A DNA stretch of 64,000 nucleotides from an uncultured Alphaproteobacteria bacterium (GCA_910576955.1 CAJTJB010000003.1:121750-185749), one strand, 5' to 3'; shown: positions 35,747-45,323, counted from the stretch's first letter. A program made the numbers and translations. Notes: generated by a model not told the origin, from the sequence alone.

Positions 35747-36550
35747 TTATTTCCTATTTTCCAGCCATTCCAACACCGCCGGATGCGCCTTATCGCCAAA
35801 AAACAACGCATTGTGGCTTAACTCGGGCATCAGAATAAACTCTTTATCGCGCGCGGGGGAAAGCGCAAACAATTCTTTGCCGTGCGTGGGGGCAATCAGC
35901 GTATCGCCCGCCCCATGGATAATCAACAACGGGCCTTTATATGCCCGAACAAACCGATACGACGGCAGTTCATATTTAAGAGCGCGCGTTGCAAGCGGAA
36001 TGTGCTGGTCGCCGGCAACTTTTTTTAAGGAATAAAACGGCGCAGCCAATATTAAACCGCGGGCAGGGCGTTCTGCCGCTGTTGCCGAGGCTGCTGCCGT
36101 TCCCATCGAATAGCCGAAAACGATAATATCGCCGTGCCCGAGCACATTGTGCAAAAAGTCAAACGCCGCTCTTGCATCGCCGTAAAGCGTATCTTGCGTA
36201 AATTCGCCCGCCGTTCCGCCAAACCCGCGATATTCGCTCATATAAACAGTATAGCCATTGTCAAGATAAGGTTTCAGAGAGGGGGCAAATTTGGCAATCT
36301 GTCCGCTGTTGCCGTGGAAAAAGAGCAGGGCGGGCTTGTCCGCATCGCCTTTGGCATACCATCCCATAATTTTGAGCCCGTCTGTTGCTGTAAACGGCTT
36401 TTCAATAAATTGCGGCAGCCCTTTTTCGGCAGGGGAAACATACCCCTTGTCCGGAAACAGATACAAATGCTGCTGCCCGCAATAAAGCACAATCGGATAA
36501 CTCAAAGCCGCTGCCGCTAAAAACGCCATACATTTTTGCCGAAACTTCAT
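35747..36550 (-). CDS. Alpha/beta hydrolase (serine hydrolase) with signal peptide
   Basis: GYSMGTAAA nucleophile elbow (GxSxG), HG oxyanion motif (LLFFHGNSG) and an N-terminal hydrophobic signal. Confidence 0.75.
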   Translation of the reverse strand: MKFRQKCMAFLAAAALSYPIVLYCGQQHLYLFPDKGYVSPAEKGLPQFIEKPFTATDGLKIMGWYAKGDADKPALLFFHGNSGQIAKFAPSLKPYLDNGYTVYMSEYRGFGGTAGEFTQDTLYGDARAAFDFLHNVLGHGDIIVFGYSMGTAAASATAAERPARGLILAAPFYSLKKVAGDQHIPLATRALKYELPSYRFVRAYKGPLLIIHGAGDTLIAPTHGKELFALSPARDKEFILMPELSHNALFFGDKAHPAVLEWLENRK

Positions 36551-36748
36551 CTTAACCTCATCAAACCGACAAACCCAAAAAACAATAAAAATATAGAGAA
36601 TTTAATAAAATAATCAAATGAAAAAAAACTTAATAACCGCCCGTCCATACTGAAAAATAAAATCATTATACAAGGGGAGCGCTTTTAAATTGACTTTGGC
36701 GCAAAACAAAGATATAAGCGGTTATATATATAAACCGGACGGCGGTTT

Positions 36749-39094
36749 ATGCAGAGGGAAGTAAAGATTATGAACATAAATGAACTAAATCCGGAGAAAT
36801 GCACGGGGTGCGGCGCTTGTTATAACATCTGTCCGCAAAAAGCTATAACAATGCAGTTAAATGAAGAGGGGTTTTGGTCGCCGCATATTGATATGTCAAA
36901 GTGTGTGGATTGCGGGTTATGTTATAATAGATGTCCGGCAGAGCATCCGGTTTATAATAACGGCAAACATCCGGAATGTCTGGCAGTCGCGGCAGAAGAT
37001 GACCTGCGGGGGCAAAGTTCCTCGGGCGCGGTTTTCCCGCTTTTGGCGGAATATGTCTTGGAAAATGGCGGATACGTCTGCGGTGCCGCGTGGAATGAAG
37101 ATAACCTCGTTGAGCATATTATCATTTCGGATAAAGCGGACTTGTCCAAATTGAAAAGTTCCAAATATCTTCAGAGCAACACTAAAGATGTGTATTCAAA
37201 AATCAAATTGCTGCTGAAAGAAAATAAGCTGGTGCTTTTTTCGGGAACGCCGTGTCAGGTTGCCGGTTTAAATGCCTTTCTGGGAAAAGCATATAACACG
37301 TTATTAACCGTAGATATCGTATGCCACGGAACACCCTCTCCCAAAGTTTATAAAAAGTATTTGGAAGAACTTGTGCCGGATAAAGAAGAAAAGGTGGTTT
37401 CCACAAATTTCAGGGATAAAGCAGACGGTTGGTCACCTTATCTTATCACCACGAAAACAACTTCTTCGGTTTATTCGTTTCCGGCTGCACAAGATACGTT
37501 TATGCAGGCGTTTCTCAAAAATTTATGTTTAAACAAGTCGTGCGCGGCGTGTCCGTTTGCCAAGCTGCCCCGTCAGGGAGACATCACACTCGGAGACTTC
37601 TGGGGAATAGATAAATATTCCAAAAAATTAAATGATAGTAAGGGAACATCCCTTGTGTTGGTAAATTCGCCCCAAGGCAGAAAATACATGGAGTATATCA
37701 AAAAAAGAAGCAAGATATGCAAACCCGTCCCCATAAAATATGGAATAAAAGGCAATCCGTGTTTAATAAAGCCCTCCGTTGCCCATAAAAACAGAAACTC
37801 GTTTATGGCAGATATAAAAAACTCATCCCTGCGCGACAGCTTAAATGCGGCATTGGGGGAAAAGTATGATTGCGGCATCTTAAATTTTTGGTTTTGCAGC
37901 AATTACGGCGCAATGCTGACGTGTTACGCCCTGCAGGAAACGATTAAATCTTTAGGGAAAAAGCCGCGCGTCATCAATTATATTCCGCTGAAAAGGCAAA
38001 AGGATTTTAAATCTTCAAAAGCTTATAGCTTCGCCTCCGAATATCTGTCCTTAACGGAGCAATGTTCTGATAAAGCCGAACTGCAGAAACTTAATGCCCA
38101 AACGGATATTTTTATTGCCGGTTCGGACCAGATATGGCGGTATCCGTATTTCTGGCCGATAGGCAAAAATATTTTTCAATTAAATTTTGCCGATAGCCGC
38201 AAGAAAAAGATTGCTTATGCCGCAAGTTTCGGAACAGATTATTTTGAGGGCAATGAAGAAGAAACAATGCAGACCAAATATTATTTGCAGCAGTTTGACA
38301 ATATATCGGTGCGTGAAGAAGACGGGGTGGATATTTGCCGGAATACGTTCGGCGTTTCCGCCGAGCAGGTGCTTGACCCCGTGTTTTTAGCGGATACAAA
38401 GCTGTGGGAAAATATGGCGGCAGCGTCTGCACGGCGCGAAGAAAATTTTGTGGCGTCGTATGTGTTAGACCGGAGCAAAGCGGCAGATAACGTTACCAGC
38501 CGGATAAAAAAGCACTTTTCCGGAACCCCGTGTATAGATATGACAGACGGGGCAAGAGGGGAAAACGCCGATGTCAAAGACTGGATACGGGCGATACAAA
38601 AATGCAGATTTTTCGTAACCGACAGTTTTCACGGCGCCTGTTTTGCGATTATCTTTAATAAGCCCTTTGTTTGTCTGGCAAATAAATCCCGAGGGGAAAG
38701 CCGTTTCAAAACCTTGTTTAAAACATTTGGGCTGGAGAGCCGGTGCATCTCGGAAACAAATATGGATATATCCGATATTTTAGTTCAGGAGATTGATTAT
38801 AATCAGGTCAATAAAATTATCGAGCGGGAAGCAAAGCGTTCTAAAGAGTGGCTGTTGCAGGCAATTAACTCTGAAAAAACGGTACAGGATAATGTTGCCG
38901 CCGATATGATTGAACACTTGAATACCGAAATAGACTCCTTAAAGCGCGATATTGCCCGCATCACATATCCGCAACTCAAAAAAAGATATATGCTGTATCG
39001 GTTATTATCAGCTGTATGTTTCGGCAAAAAACGGCGCAAATATAAAGAAAAGAGAAAAAAGCTGAAATCAGAGTTAAAAAAGGCTCAATTTTAA
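36749..39094 (+). CDS. Fusion protein: 2x[4Fe-4S] ferredoxin + FrhB/FdhB-like (F420 hydrogenase beta-like) domain + polysaccharide pyruvyl transferase domain
   Basis: CTGCGACYNICP and CVDCGLCYNRCP. FSGTPCQVAGL (FrhB-like). From ~aa 370, YDCGILNFWFCSNYGAMLTCYAL..FIAGSDQIW..FFVTDSFHG looks like a pyruvyl transferase. The alternative start ATG 36770 is equally possible. Confidence 0.75.
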   Translation: MQREVKIMNINELNPEKCTGCGACYNICPQKAITMQLNEEGFWSPHIDMSKCVDCGLCYNRCPAEHPVYNNGKHPECLAVAAEDDLRGQSSSGAVFPLLAEYVLENGGYVCGAAWNEDNLVEHIIISDKADLSKLKSSKYLQSNTKDVYSKIKLLLKENKLVLFSGTPCQVAGLNAFLGKAYNTLLTVDIVCHGTPSPKVYKKYLEELVPDKEEKVVSTNFRDKADGWSPYLITTKTTSSVYSFPAAQDTFMQAFLKNLCLNKSCAACPFAKLPRQGDITLGDFWGIDKYSKKLNDSKGTSLVLVNSPQGRKYMEYIKKRSKICKPVPIKYGIKGNPCLIKPSVAHKNRNSFMADIKNSSLRDSLNAALGEKYDCGILNFWFCSNYGAMLTCYALQETIKSLGKKPRVINYIPLKRQKDFKSSKAYSFASEYLSLTEQCSDKAELQKLNAQTDIFIAGSDQIWRYPYFWPIGKNIFQLNFADSRKKKIAYAASFGTDYFEGNEEETMQTKYYLQQFDNISVREEDGVDICRNTFGVSAEQVLDPVFLADTKLWENMAAASARREENFVASYVLDRSKAADNVTSRIKKHFSGTPCIDMTDGARGENADVKDWIRAIQKCRFFVTDSFHGACFAIIFNKPFVCLANKSRGESRFKTLFKTFGLESRCISETNMDISDILVQEIDYNQVNKIIEREAKRSKEWLLQAINSEKTVQDNVAADMIEHLNTEIDSLKRDIARITYPQLKKRYMLYRLLSAVCFGKKRRKYKEKRKKLKSELKKAQF

Positions 39095-39136
39095 ATCATA
39101 ACCGCGCCGATTTCAGATACCTCTGAAGAGAAACGC

Positions 39137-39170
39137 AAACAAAAACCCCGTCGCAACATCTGCGGCGGGG
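39137..39170 (-). terminator. Rho-independent terminator for the 39182-39739 gene
   Basis: On the minus strand: ccccgccgcagatgttgcgacgggg followed by tttttgtttg. Confidence 0.65.
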
Positions 39171-39181
39171 ATTATAAAAAG

Positions 39182-39739
39182 CTACTTGCGGGCAAATTTG
39201 CCTGCGCGCTGTTTCTTTTTGGGCTTTGAGCGCATCTCGCCATCAAACGGCGGCAGCCACGGCACGAGCTCGTTGTCAAATTTCATATTGACGCGCCAGC
39301 CGTGCTTGTCTTGCGGGTTCACCTCGCCGTTGTGGCGTTCTTCGCGCTTTGCCATAAACTCGGCGATGGGCGCGTAATCTTCCATATCCGAGCTCATCCC
39401 GACCAGCGTTTGGCGAATGTATGTCATACGGGGCATCAGCGATTGTGTCAAAAGCGCGTTCACCGGACCGTTAAATGTCACATTCGCGCCATCGCCTTTT
39501 TTGTCTTCCACCAGATACACATAGCCGCGCACGGTGGTAAAGTGCAACGCACTGGGCAGCGCCTTAATCTGCACAAAGTTCTCGGGGTTGCCGATTTCTC
39601 GCAACAGAACCGGCTTTCCGCCCTCGTCATATTCCACATTCCAGCGTCTGCCGTCGCCCTTGCTGATTTTATACAGCAACACCTTCGTCGTTTGCGAAAT
39701 TTCAAACTTGAAGAAACTTTCAATCTTTTTCATAAACAA
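39182..39739 (-). CDS. Hypothetical protein with basic C-terminal tail
   Basis: 185-aa ORF ending KPKKKQRAGKFARK. No recognisable domain. Confidence 0.55.
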   Translation of the reverse strand: MFMKKIESFFKFEISQTTKVLLYKISKGDGRRWNVEYDEGGKPVLLREIGNPENFVQIKALPSALHFTTVRGYVYLVEDKKGDGANVTFNGPVNALLTQSLMPRMTYIRQTLVGMSSDMEDYAPIAEFMAKREERHNGEVNPQDKHGWRVNMKFDNELVPWLPPFDGEMRSKPKKKQRAGKFARK

Positions 39740-39924
39740 AAAAATTTAATGATAATACTAATTCTGCCTCAAATCATATAGAAGATAAATAAAAGAATCA
39801 AGCTTATTTTTAAAAATAAACAAAAAAATATTATTTTTTATATTTTGTCTATTGACAATCCAATCAAAAAGCATTATAACCAAAACCGTAAACTTTATTA
39901 TTCTAACCCTAAAACACTACTATT

Positions 39925-40638
39925 ATGAAAAAATTTATGTTATTTACGGCAACTGTTATTGTAATATTCGTAACATCTTGCACAAACATTAAGGAAACCC
40001 CGTTGTCAGACACGCTGGTAAAAGAAACCGGAACCGTAGAGGGCAGAGTTGTCTCCGGCGTTAAAACAACCGATGGCAAAGAGATTATTCCGATGGAATA
40101 TGACAATGTCGACCTTTTTGAGAAATATATCGCCGTTCAGCGCGATCTTGACCATTATCTTTATACGGCAGAGGGCGAAAAAATCTTATCAGCCCCCGCA
40201 TCATCAATTATTCCGTATGATGAGTATATCAAATTTAATGTCGAGGAGGGAACGGTGCTGTATTTCAAGGAAAATGCCCGCATAACCAAACCTTATGCTG
40301 CCGTTGGCGATAATAATGACGATTTTCTCTTTTGCCAGGGCGACAGCATAGAAGTTATTTCTAAAAAAGGAAAAACGCTCGTTGCCGGAAAAAAGGTGAT
40401 TTGCCTTTTTTCAAAAGCCGATAAACAGAGCTATTTTATAGTTGTGAGCGGCAAATCCGGCAAAGCGTTCGGCATGGACGGCACGGAACTGTTTCCGGTT
40501 AATGTCGAGTTGTTGGAAAAACTTCCTCGCGCCAGCTGGAAATTAAATGAAAATGCGTGCCACGTCAGCACCAGAAACGAAGTAGCCGCCCTCAAGGCCG
40601 CAACCTCCGTCAAAAGAGCCCCTAAAAAAAGAAAGTAA
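39925..40638 (+). CDS. Lipoprotein with WG-repeat-like units
   Basis: Lipobox VIFVTSC. TDGKEIIPMEYDNVDLFEKYIAVQRD resembles KWG/WG repeats. Confidence 0.6.
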   Translation: MKKFMLFTATVIVIFVTSCTNIKETPLSDTLVKETGTVEGRVVSGVKTTDGKEIIPMEYDNVDLFEKYIAVQRDLDHYLYTAEGEKILSAPASSIIPYDEYIKFNVEEGTVLYFKENARITKPYAAVGDNNDDFLFCQGDSIEVISKKGKTLVAGKKVICLFSKADKQSYFIVVSGKSGKAFGMDGTELFPVNVELLEKLPRASWKLNENACHVSTRNEVAALKAATSVKRAPKKRK

Positions 40639-40669
40639 TATTGAAATTGAAAATTTGCTTTGTATTTTT

Positions 40670-40707
40670 AATCCCTTTCGCTGCGAAGCGCGGGGGATTT
40701 TTTTTTA
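40670..40707 (+). terminator. Rho-independent terminator; left edge of the AT-rich island
   Basis: aatccc...cgctgcgaagcg...gggatt hairpin followed by T9. Confidence 0.7.
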
Positions 40708-40747
40708 TACCTGTTAAAAAGTATAACAAATAAAATATAACTTGGCA

Positions 40748-40805
40748 TAAATAGAATAATCTCTTGCAAATCATAAAAAATAAGCAGACGCTACAACTAA
40801 AGTAT
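40748..40805 (+). promoter_or_regulatory. 58-bp conserved leader, copy 1
   Basis: 57/58 identical to 42518-42575: taaatagaataatctcttgcaaatcataaaaaata[a/g]gcagacgctacaactaaagtat. Confidence 0.7.
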
Positions 40806-40823
40806 CAGAAGCGGAGAAAAAAC

Positions 40824-41822
40824 ATGAGAATATTTTTTGCAATAGTTGCGTTTCTATTAGCAAACACAACACCTGTTAAATGCGAGAATTTAGATTCTGG
40901 TTTTGACTGTTCGGAGAATGAGAGAAATGAACTAACATCAATAGAGGAAATGTATTGCTTCAATGGAAAAATACAAAAACTAATTCCAGAAATGAAACGG
41001 GCATATAATTCTTTTTATAACACATTATCATCTAAAGAGCAGAAGATTTTACAAGAAAGTCAAAAAAATTGGTTTAATAATATTAAACATCAAAGTTTTG
41101 TAACACGAAATTCTTATGAAACTCGAGAATTTTATTTGTGCGAGCATATCCAAGAAAGGATTGATTTGCTAAAAGAATCCACAAAAAACAAAAATAAATG
41201 GACAGAATATTTAAATAATAGAGATAAAAACGCCCTTAATAAAATGCGATATTTAGAAAAGATAAAAAGTGATTATTCAGATATCTGTATTGAAGTAGAG
41301 AATTTTTTAAAAAATCAACCGACAAAGATAGAATTTGTACCATTTCAATTTGAAAAAGAAGATAAAGATGTGCTCGGAAACTTTGAAAGAGGAGGGATAA
41401 GTTCTACATTATATTTTGATATTGACAATGATGGAAAAAAAGAAAAAATAGAGCGTTATTCATCCATAATTGCTGGTACATTTTCCAGCAATGTGGAAGT
41501 ATGGACATCATTTTATAAAACAGATGATACATCCAAAGGGCAACGTACAGTCATTAGCTCATATGGATGCGGCGCTGTGGAAATTTTTAAATATAAAAAT
41601 CAAAATTATGTATTTTATATAGATGATATAATTAAAAATAATGATAAGATTTCTCAATATTATAATGAAAACAACCTAAAAAATGATAGTATGGAATATC
41701 TAAAACAGGCTTGTACAGAAGAAATATATGAAGAAAGAAATGTTTGTAATCCGCCATATGTTACAATAATAAAATATGAAACAAATAACAAAGAGGAAAT
41801 TTGCTTTTTTGCGCTAAAGTAA
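40824..41822 (+). CDS. Secreted protein with N-terminal DUF1311/LprI-like region (AT-rich island)
   Basis: Signal peptide MRIFFAIVAFLLANTTPVKC. MKRAYNSFYNTLSSKEQKILQESQKNWFNNIKHQ resembles the LprI (DUF1311) helix pair. DIDNDGKKE motif. Start chosen at ATG 40824. Confidence 0.6.
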   Translation: MRIFFAIVAFLLANTTPVKCENLDSGFDCSENERNELTSIEEMYCFNGKIQKLIPEMKRAYNSFYNTLSSKEQKILQESQKNWFNNIKHQSFVTRNSYETREFYLCEHIQERIDLLKESTKNKNKWTEYLNNRDKNALNKMRYLEKIKSDYSDICIEVENFLKNQPTKIEFVPFQFEKEDKDVLGNFERGGISSTLYFDIDNDGKKEKIERYSSIIAGTFSSNVEVWTSFYKTDDTSKGQRTVISSYGCGAVEIFKYKNQNYVFYIDDIIKNNDKISQYYNENNLKNDSMEYLKQACTEEIYEERNVCNPPYVTIIKYETNNKEEICFFALK

Positions 41823-41856
41823 TTTGTTTATCATATCTATATAAGGGAAAAATATT

Positions 41857-42387
41857 ATGAACGAAAAAGGTAATTCCAATAAAATCATAAATTGTACAGT
41901 TTTTCTATTTATTAGTATTATAAATTTACTGATTTTATATATGATACCGAAATATACCCCGGAATGGGATAAACATTCTATACAATTTGTGGAATTTATA
42001 TATTTTCTTATAATTTCTTTATTTGTTTTCTTATTTTTTAATTATAAATTTTATCATAAATATGGTTCTGGTGCTGTAATAGAAGTATGTTATAGTACAC
42101 TATTTTATGTTCTTCTTTTAGGTTTGGTTCCAAGTGTTTTTTGGTGGCTACAATATAATGTTGAAAGCAATATATATTCATTAGAACGCAAATTTGCTCT
42201 TGTGTTCGTATTAGCTTCTTACTCTTTATGTTTCAGTACAGCTTTTATTGGTTTGAGTGCTGTATGGTTAAATGATTACAAAAATAAAAAGATTGCCTTT
42301 CGCGTAAAAATGTTCTTTTTTCTTCTATTGTTTTTTTCTTCATTATTTTTGAGCGTTATTTATGTAACTCATATGTTTCGTGGGTGA
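41857..42387 (+). CDS. Multi-pass membrane protein, hypothetical (AT-rich island)
   Basis: 176 aa with ~5 hydrophobic helices and very AT-rich codon usage. Confidence 0.6.
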   Translation: MNEKGNSNKIINCTVFLFISIINLLILYMIPKYTPEWDKHSIQFVEFIYFLIISLFVFLFFNYKFYHKYGSGAVIEVCYSTLFYVLLLGLVPSVFWWLQYNVESNIYSLERKFALVFVLASYSLCFSTAFIGLSAVWLNDYKNKKIAFRVKMFFFLLLFFSSLFLSVIYVTHMFRG

Positions 42388-42517
42388 AAAAATAATTTTG
42401 CACAAAAATCTTCAGCAAACTAAAGTAGTATAATCAACTTATATCTCTGCGAAAAAAACACAGCGATACATTCGTTATTGCAAGGAGAATGTCAAAGATT
42501 TATCAAAAATAAGTGCT

Positions 42518-42575
42518 TAAATAGAATAATCTCTTGCAAATCATAAAAAATAGGCAGACGCTACAACTAAAGTAT
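42518..42575 (+). promoter_or_regulatory. 58-bp conserved leader, copy 2
   Basis: See 40748-40805. Here the leader reading frame ends in a TGA that overlaps the TTG start at 42608. Confidence 0.7.
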
Positions 42576-42607
42576 AACACAAGAATCGGAGAGGATGGAG
42601 AGAAAAG

Positions 42608-43618
42608 TTGAGATTTTTAAAGTATTTTAGAGTATTTTTTGCAGTAGTGGCGATACTGTTTATTGTCAATTTAGCGGCTTGTCAAGTTTTAACTAAAGTG
42701 GATAAAAGGCAAGAAAAAATCGTTGATTGCGATGCTGATTTGCCTTTGGATGAGTTACATAAATGTATTGAAAAAGAAGCTGAAAAATATGCCCCTGAAG
42801 ATATAGATACATATGTTCCATGTGAAACTGTTGTTTTAAAAGATACTTCCGCCAAAAAAATAGATTATTTTAAGAGTATTAAACATTGTTATAAAAAAGA
42901 TAAATGTGCATATACCACTCCATTAGAAAAAAAGGGGGATTTAATAGTTTCCTATCCTCAACCTCGTAGATATGATGACTTCAATTATGATATTAATTTA
43001 CTCATAGCTAGAACACATCGTAATCATAGTAATGAAATATTCTTATGTGCAAATGCTACTTATGGGCATTGTAATACTACTATATTTCAAAATGGCGCGC
43101 GCCATTATTGCTACATTGAAAAAGGAATTAGAGGAAATGATTTTATTATTGCTAAAGAAAATGGAAAAGAAAATATATATGTCGTTGCTCTTAATGCTGT
43201 AGCCTTAGCTAACAAAAAATATCTGATTATAACCAATGTTTTGCATCTTTCCAAGTTAGATGTAGAAGAAATATTGAAATTAAAAGGTTTTACATATCCA
43301 TATAAAATTGAAAGATTTCGAAGTGTTGCAGAAAAAACAACCTGGGAAGATATAACTGTAGCTGAATTAAAAGATATGTTAGCTCGCGAAGGATACACCC
43401 CGACAATACGAGATAAAAGAGAACCATTATCTAAAAATAGGGAATTATTCTTTTTATTAAATGACCAATATACTGTAGTTAATGGTTATCGTTTTTATGA
43501 AATAAAAGATAGTAAAGATATTAAAGAGGTTTCAATCAGTTTAGATAAGCGGAAAAATCCGAGCAAAATATATATTAAACAAGATGCTGATGTATATGAA
43601 ATAGATATGAAACACTAA
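42608..43618 (+). CDS. Putative lipoprotein, hypothetical (AT-rich island)
   Basis: 336 aa with a TTG start preceded by GGAGAGGATGGAGAG. Lipobox-like LAAC. Confidence 0.6.
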   Translation: MRFLKYFRVFFAVVAILFIVNLAACQVLTKVDKRQEKIVDCDADLPLDELHKCIEKEAEKYAPEDIDTYVPCETVVLKDTSAKKIDYFKSIKHCYKKDKCAYTTPLEKKGDLIVSYPQPRRYDDFNYDINLLIARTHRNHSNEIFLCANATYGHCNTTIFQNGARHYCYIEKGIRGNDFIIAKENGKENIYVVALNAVALANKKYLIITNVLHLSKLDVEEILKLKGFTYPYKIERFRSVAEKTTWEDITVAELKDMLAREGYTPTIRDKREPLSKNRELFFLLNDQYTVVNGYRFYEIKDSKDIKEVSISLDKRKNPSKIYIKQDADVYEIDMKH

Positions 43619-43681
43619 TTTTAACACTTTTCCCAAAACCAACATTTCTAAGGAGAATTCTAATGACCATTACTTATAAAT

Positions 43682-43981
43682 GTGCAAAATTATACTGGAG
43701 GTTATGATATCAATACTTTGTTTACCGAGTGGAATCTGTATTCCGATTTACAAATAAACACCTCTACGGGGACAACCAATTACGGCAAAATAACAGGAAG
43801 CGATAAGAAAGATTTAATATTCATTACAGGAGATAGTGCAGAAATAGAAGTGAAAGCCGGAACAGGAGTGGATTATGTTAGTGCCGGCGGCGGTATAAAT
43901 TATATACATTTAGGTAAAGATGATACCAGAGATGTTATAGCAAATGACAATGATTTCTACACAATTAAAAAGAGTGCATAA
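43682..43981 (+). pseudogene. RTX-like (GGxGxD nonapeptide) fragment, possibly frameshifted
   Basis: AGTGVDYVSAGGGINYIHLGKDD resembles hemolysin-type Ca-binding repeats. A good RBS (AAGGAG) and ATG at 43663 is in a different frame and stops after 14 codons. The 43682 frame starts with GTG. Confidence 0.4.
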
Positions 43982-44124
43982 AGATATTTAGTACTTGTAA
44001 ATCAATGAAAAAGTAAGAAAATATATAAAACAAAAAGAGAGGGAATGTGCTTTATAAAAAGAGATTAACAATATCTTTGTTAATAAATTCAGTTGTTGAA
44101 TGAAATAAAAAAATTGAAGGGGTT

Positions 44125-44520
44125 ATGAAACAGAAAATATTTTGGCTTGCAATCAGTGCTGTAATTGTATCTATATTGGAAATAGGTTCATATATAATAA
44201 TCTATACAGAAGGATTTTGGGAGAATATCCCCAAAAAAATCGGGTTATTTATTCCACAACTCATCTACTTTGCCGGACTGCTTTATACCTGTTATTTTTT
44301 TATATCAATCTGGCAAATCATACAACGGCAAAAAAATAATGTCATTTTAAAAATCATATTTTTCTTTTATTATCTGATGTTTGTTTGGTGCATATCATAC
44401 CATCAATATACTTCGCCAATATCCTATACGGGAAGTATATTATATAATGGTGTCGTAAAAGGCGAATGGATAGATACAAAAAGTTTAATCCGAAAAACAA
44501 TAGGAGCGGTGAATGCATAA
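44125..44520 (+). CDS. Multi-pass membrane protein, hypothetical (AT-rich island)
   Basis: 131 aa with ~4 TM helices. GAAGGGG RBS. Confidence 0.6.
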   Translation: MKQKIFWLAISAVIVSILEIGSYIIIYTEGFWENIPKKIGLFIPQLIYFAGLLYTCYFFISIWQIIQRQKNNVILKIIFFFYYLMFVWCISYHQYTSPISYTGSILYNGVVKGEWIDTKSLIRKTIGAVNA

Positions 44521-44914
44521 ATGGGTTGGAGCATATTACGAAGATAAAAAAATAAACTTTTACACAACTGTATGTGTTTTTTTTATTCTTGTGCAAATAA
44601 TATACGGCTATATTGTCACACTAACCGAGATAACACAGCGGTATAATTTCAGTATGAATTTTATTTTTTTAAGTTATGTAGTCTATCTGTGTAACCTGAT
44701 ATTAAATAAAGCAAAAGTTCTAGGGGATAAAACATATGAAAATGCAAGATTAATTATAAAAATATATACAATTATCAGCATATTTATAACTTCTTTTTTA
44801 TCAATGCAGGTTACAACCCTTTTTTCATATATTGGAATATTGATTGGTAATATATTCATACACAACTATGTGTGTGATTTTTTATGTATGCCATTTAAAC
44901 AATTATTAACTTAA
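44513..44914 (+). CDS. Multi-pass membrane protein, hypothetical (AT-rich island)
   Basis: 133 aa with ~4 TM helices. 8-nt overlap with the preceding gene. Confidence 0.55.
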   Translation: MHKWVGAYYEDKKINFYTTVCVFFILVQIIYGYIVTLTEITQRYNFSMNFIFLSYVVYLCNLILNKAKVLGDKTYENARLIIKIYTIISIFITSFLSMQVTTLFSYIGILIGNIFIHNYVCDFLCMPFKQLLT

Positions 44915-45108
44915 ATCCGCCGCACGGGCGCTCATTCGCTACGCTCACCGGCGTTCTTCCGCCCGCCTTTTGCTTGTAGTGAACCAACTTTCTCGTTGGT
45001 TCAACTCCTTGCAACACATATAAAACAAAAAAAGGTACCTTTAAGATACCTTTATTAATCAAACCAACTTTAACACACATACAAAAGTTATGCAGGTGCC
45101 GCTGGCAC

Positions 45109-45185
<77 letters not shown>

Positions 45186-45323
45186 ATATATAACGTTATC
45201 GCAACAACGAATGCATATATAACCTCAAAAAAAATAGTTGTCAATAATATTTTTATATCTTTTGCATATTTTTTTTTGCGTGCTAAAATCTGCGGCATAC
45301 GGAAACAATGTAAAGGGAATGAA

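Noticed and set aside
40685-40700. Possible left-end direct repeat of the tRNA-fMet 3' end (gcgggggattt versus expected gcgggggttggattt)
   Set aside because: Only about 11 matching bases with a 4-nt gap, and it coincides with a terminator stem. That is too weak to call an att site.
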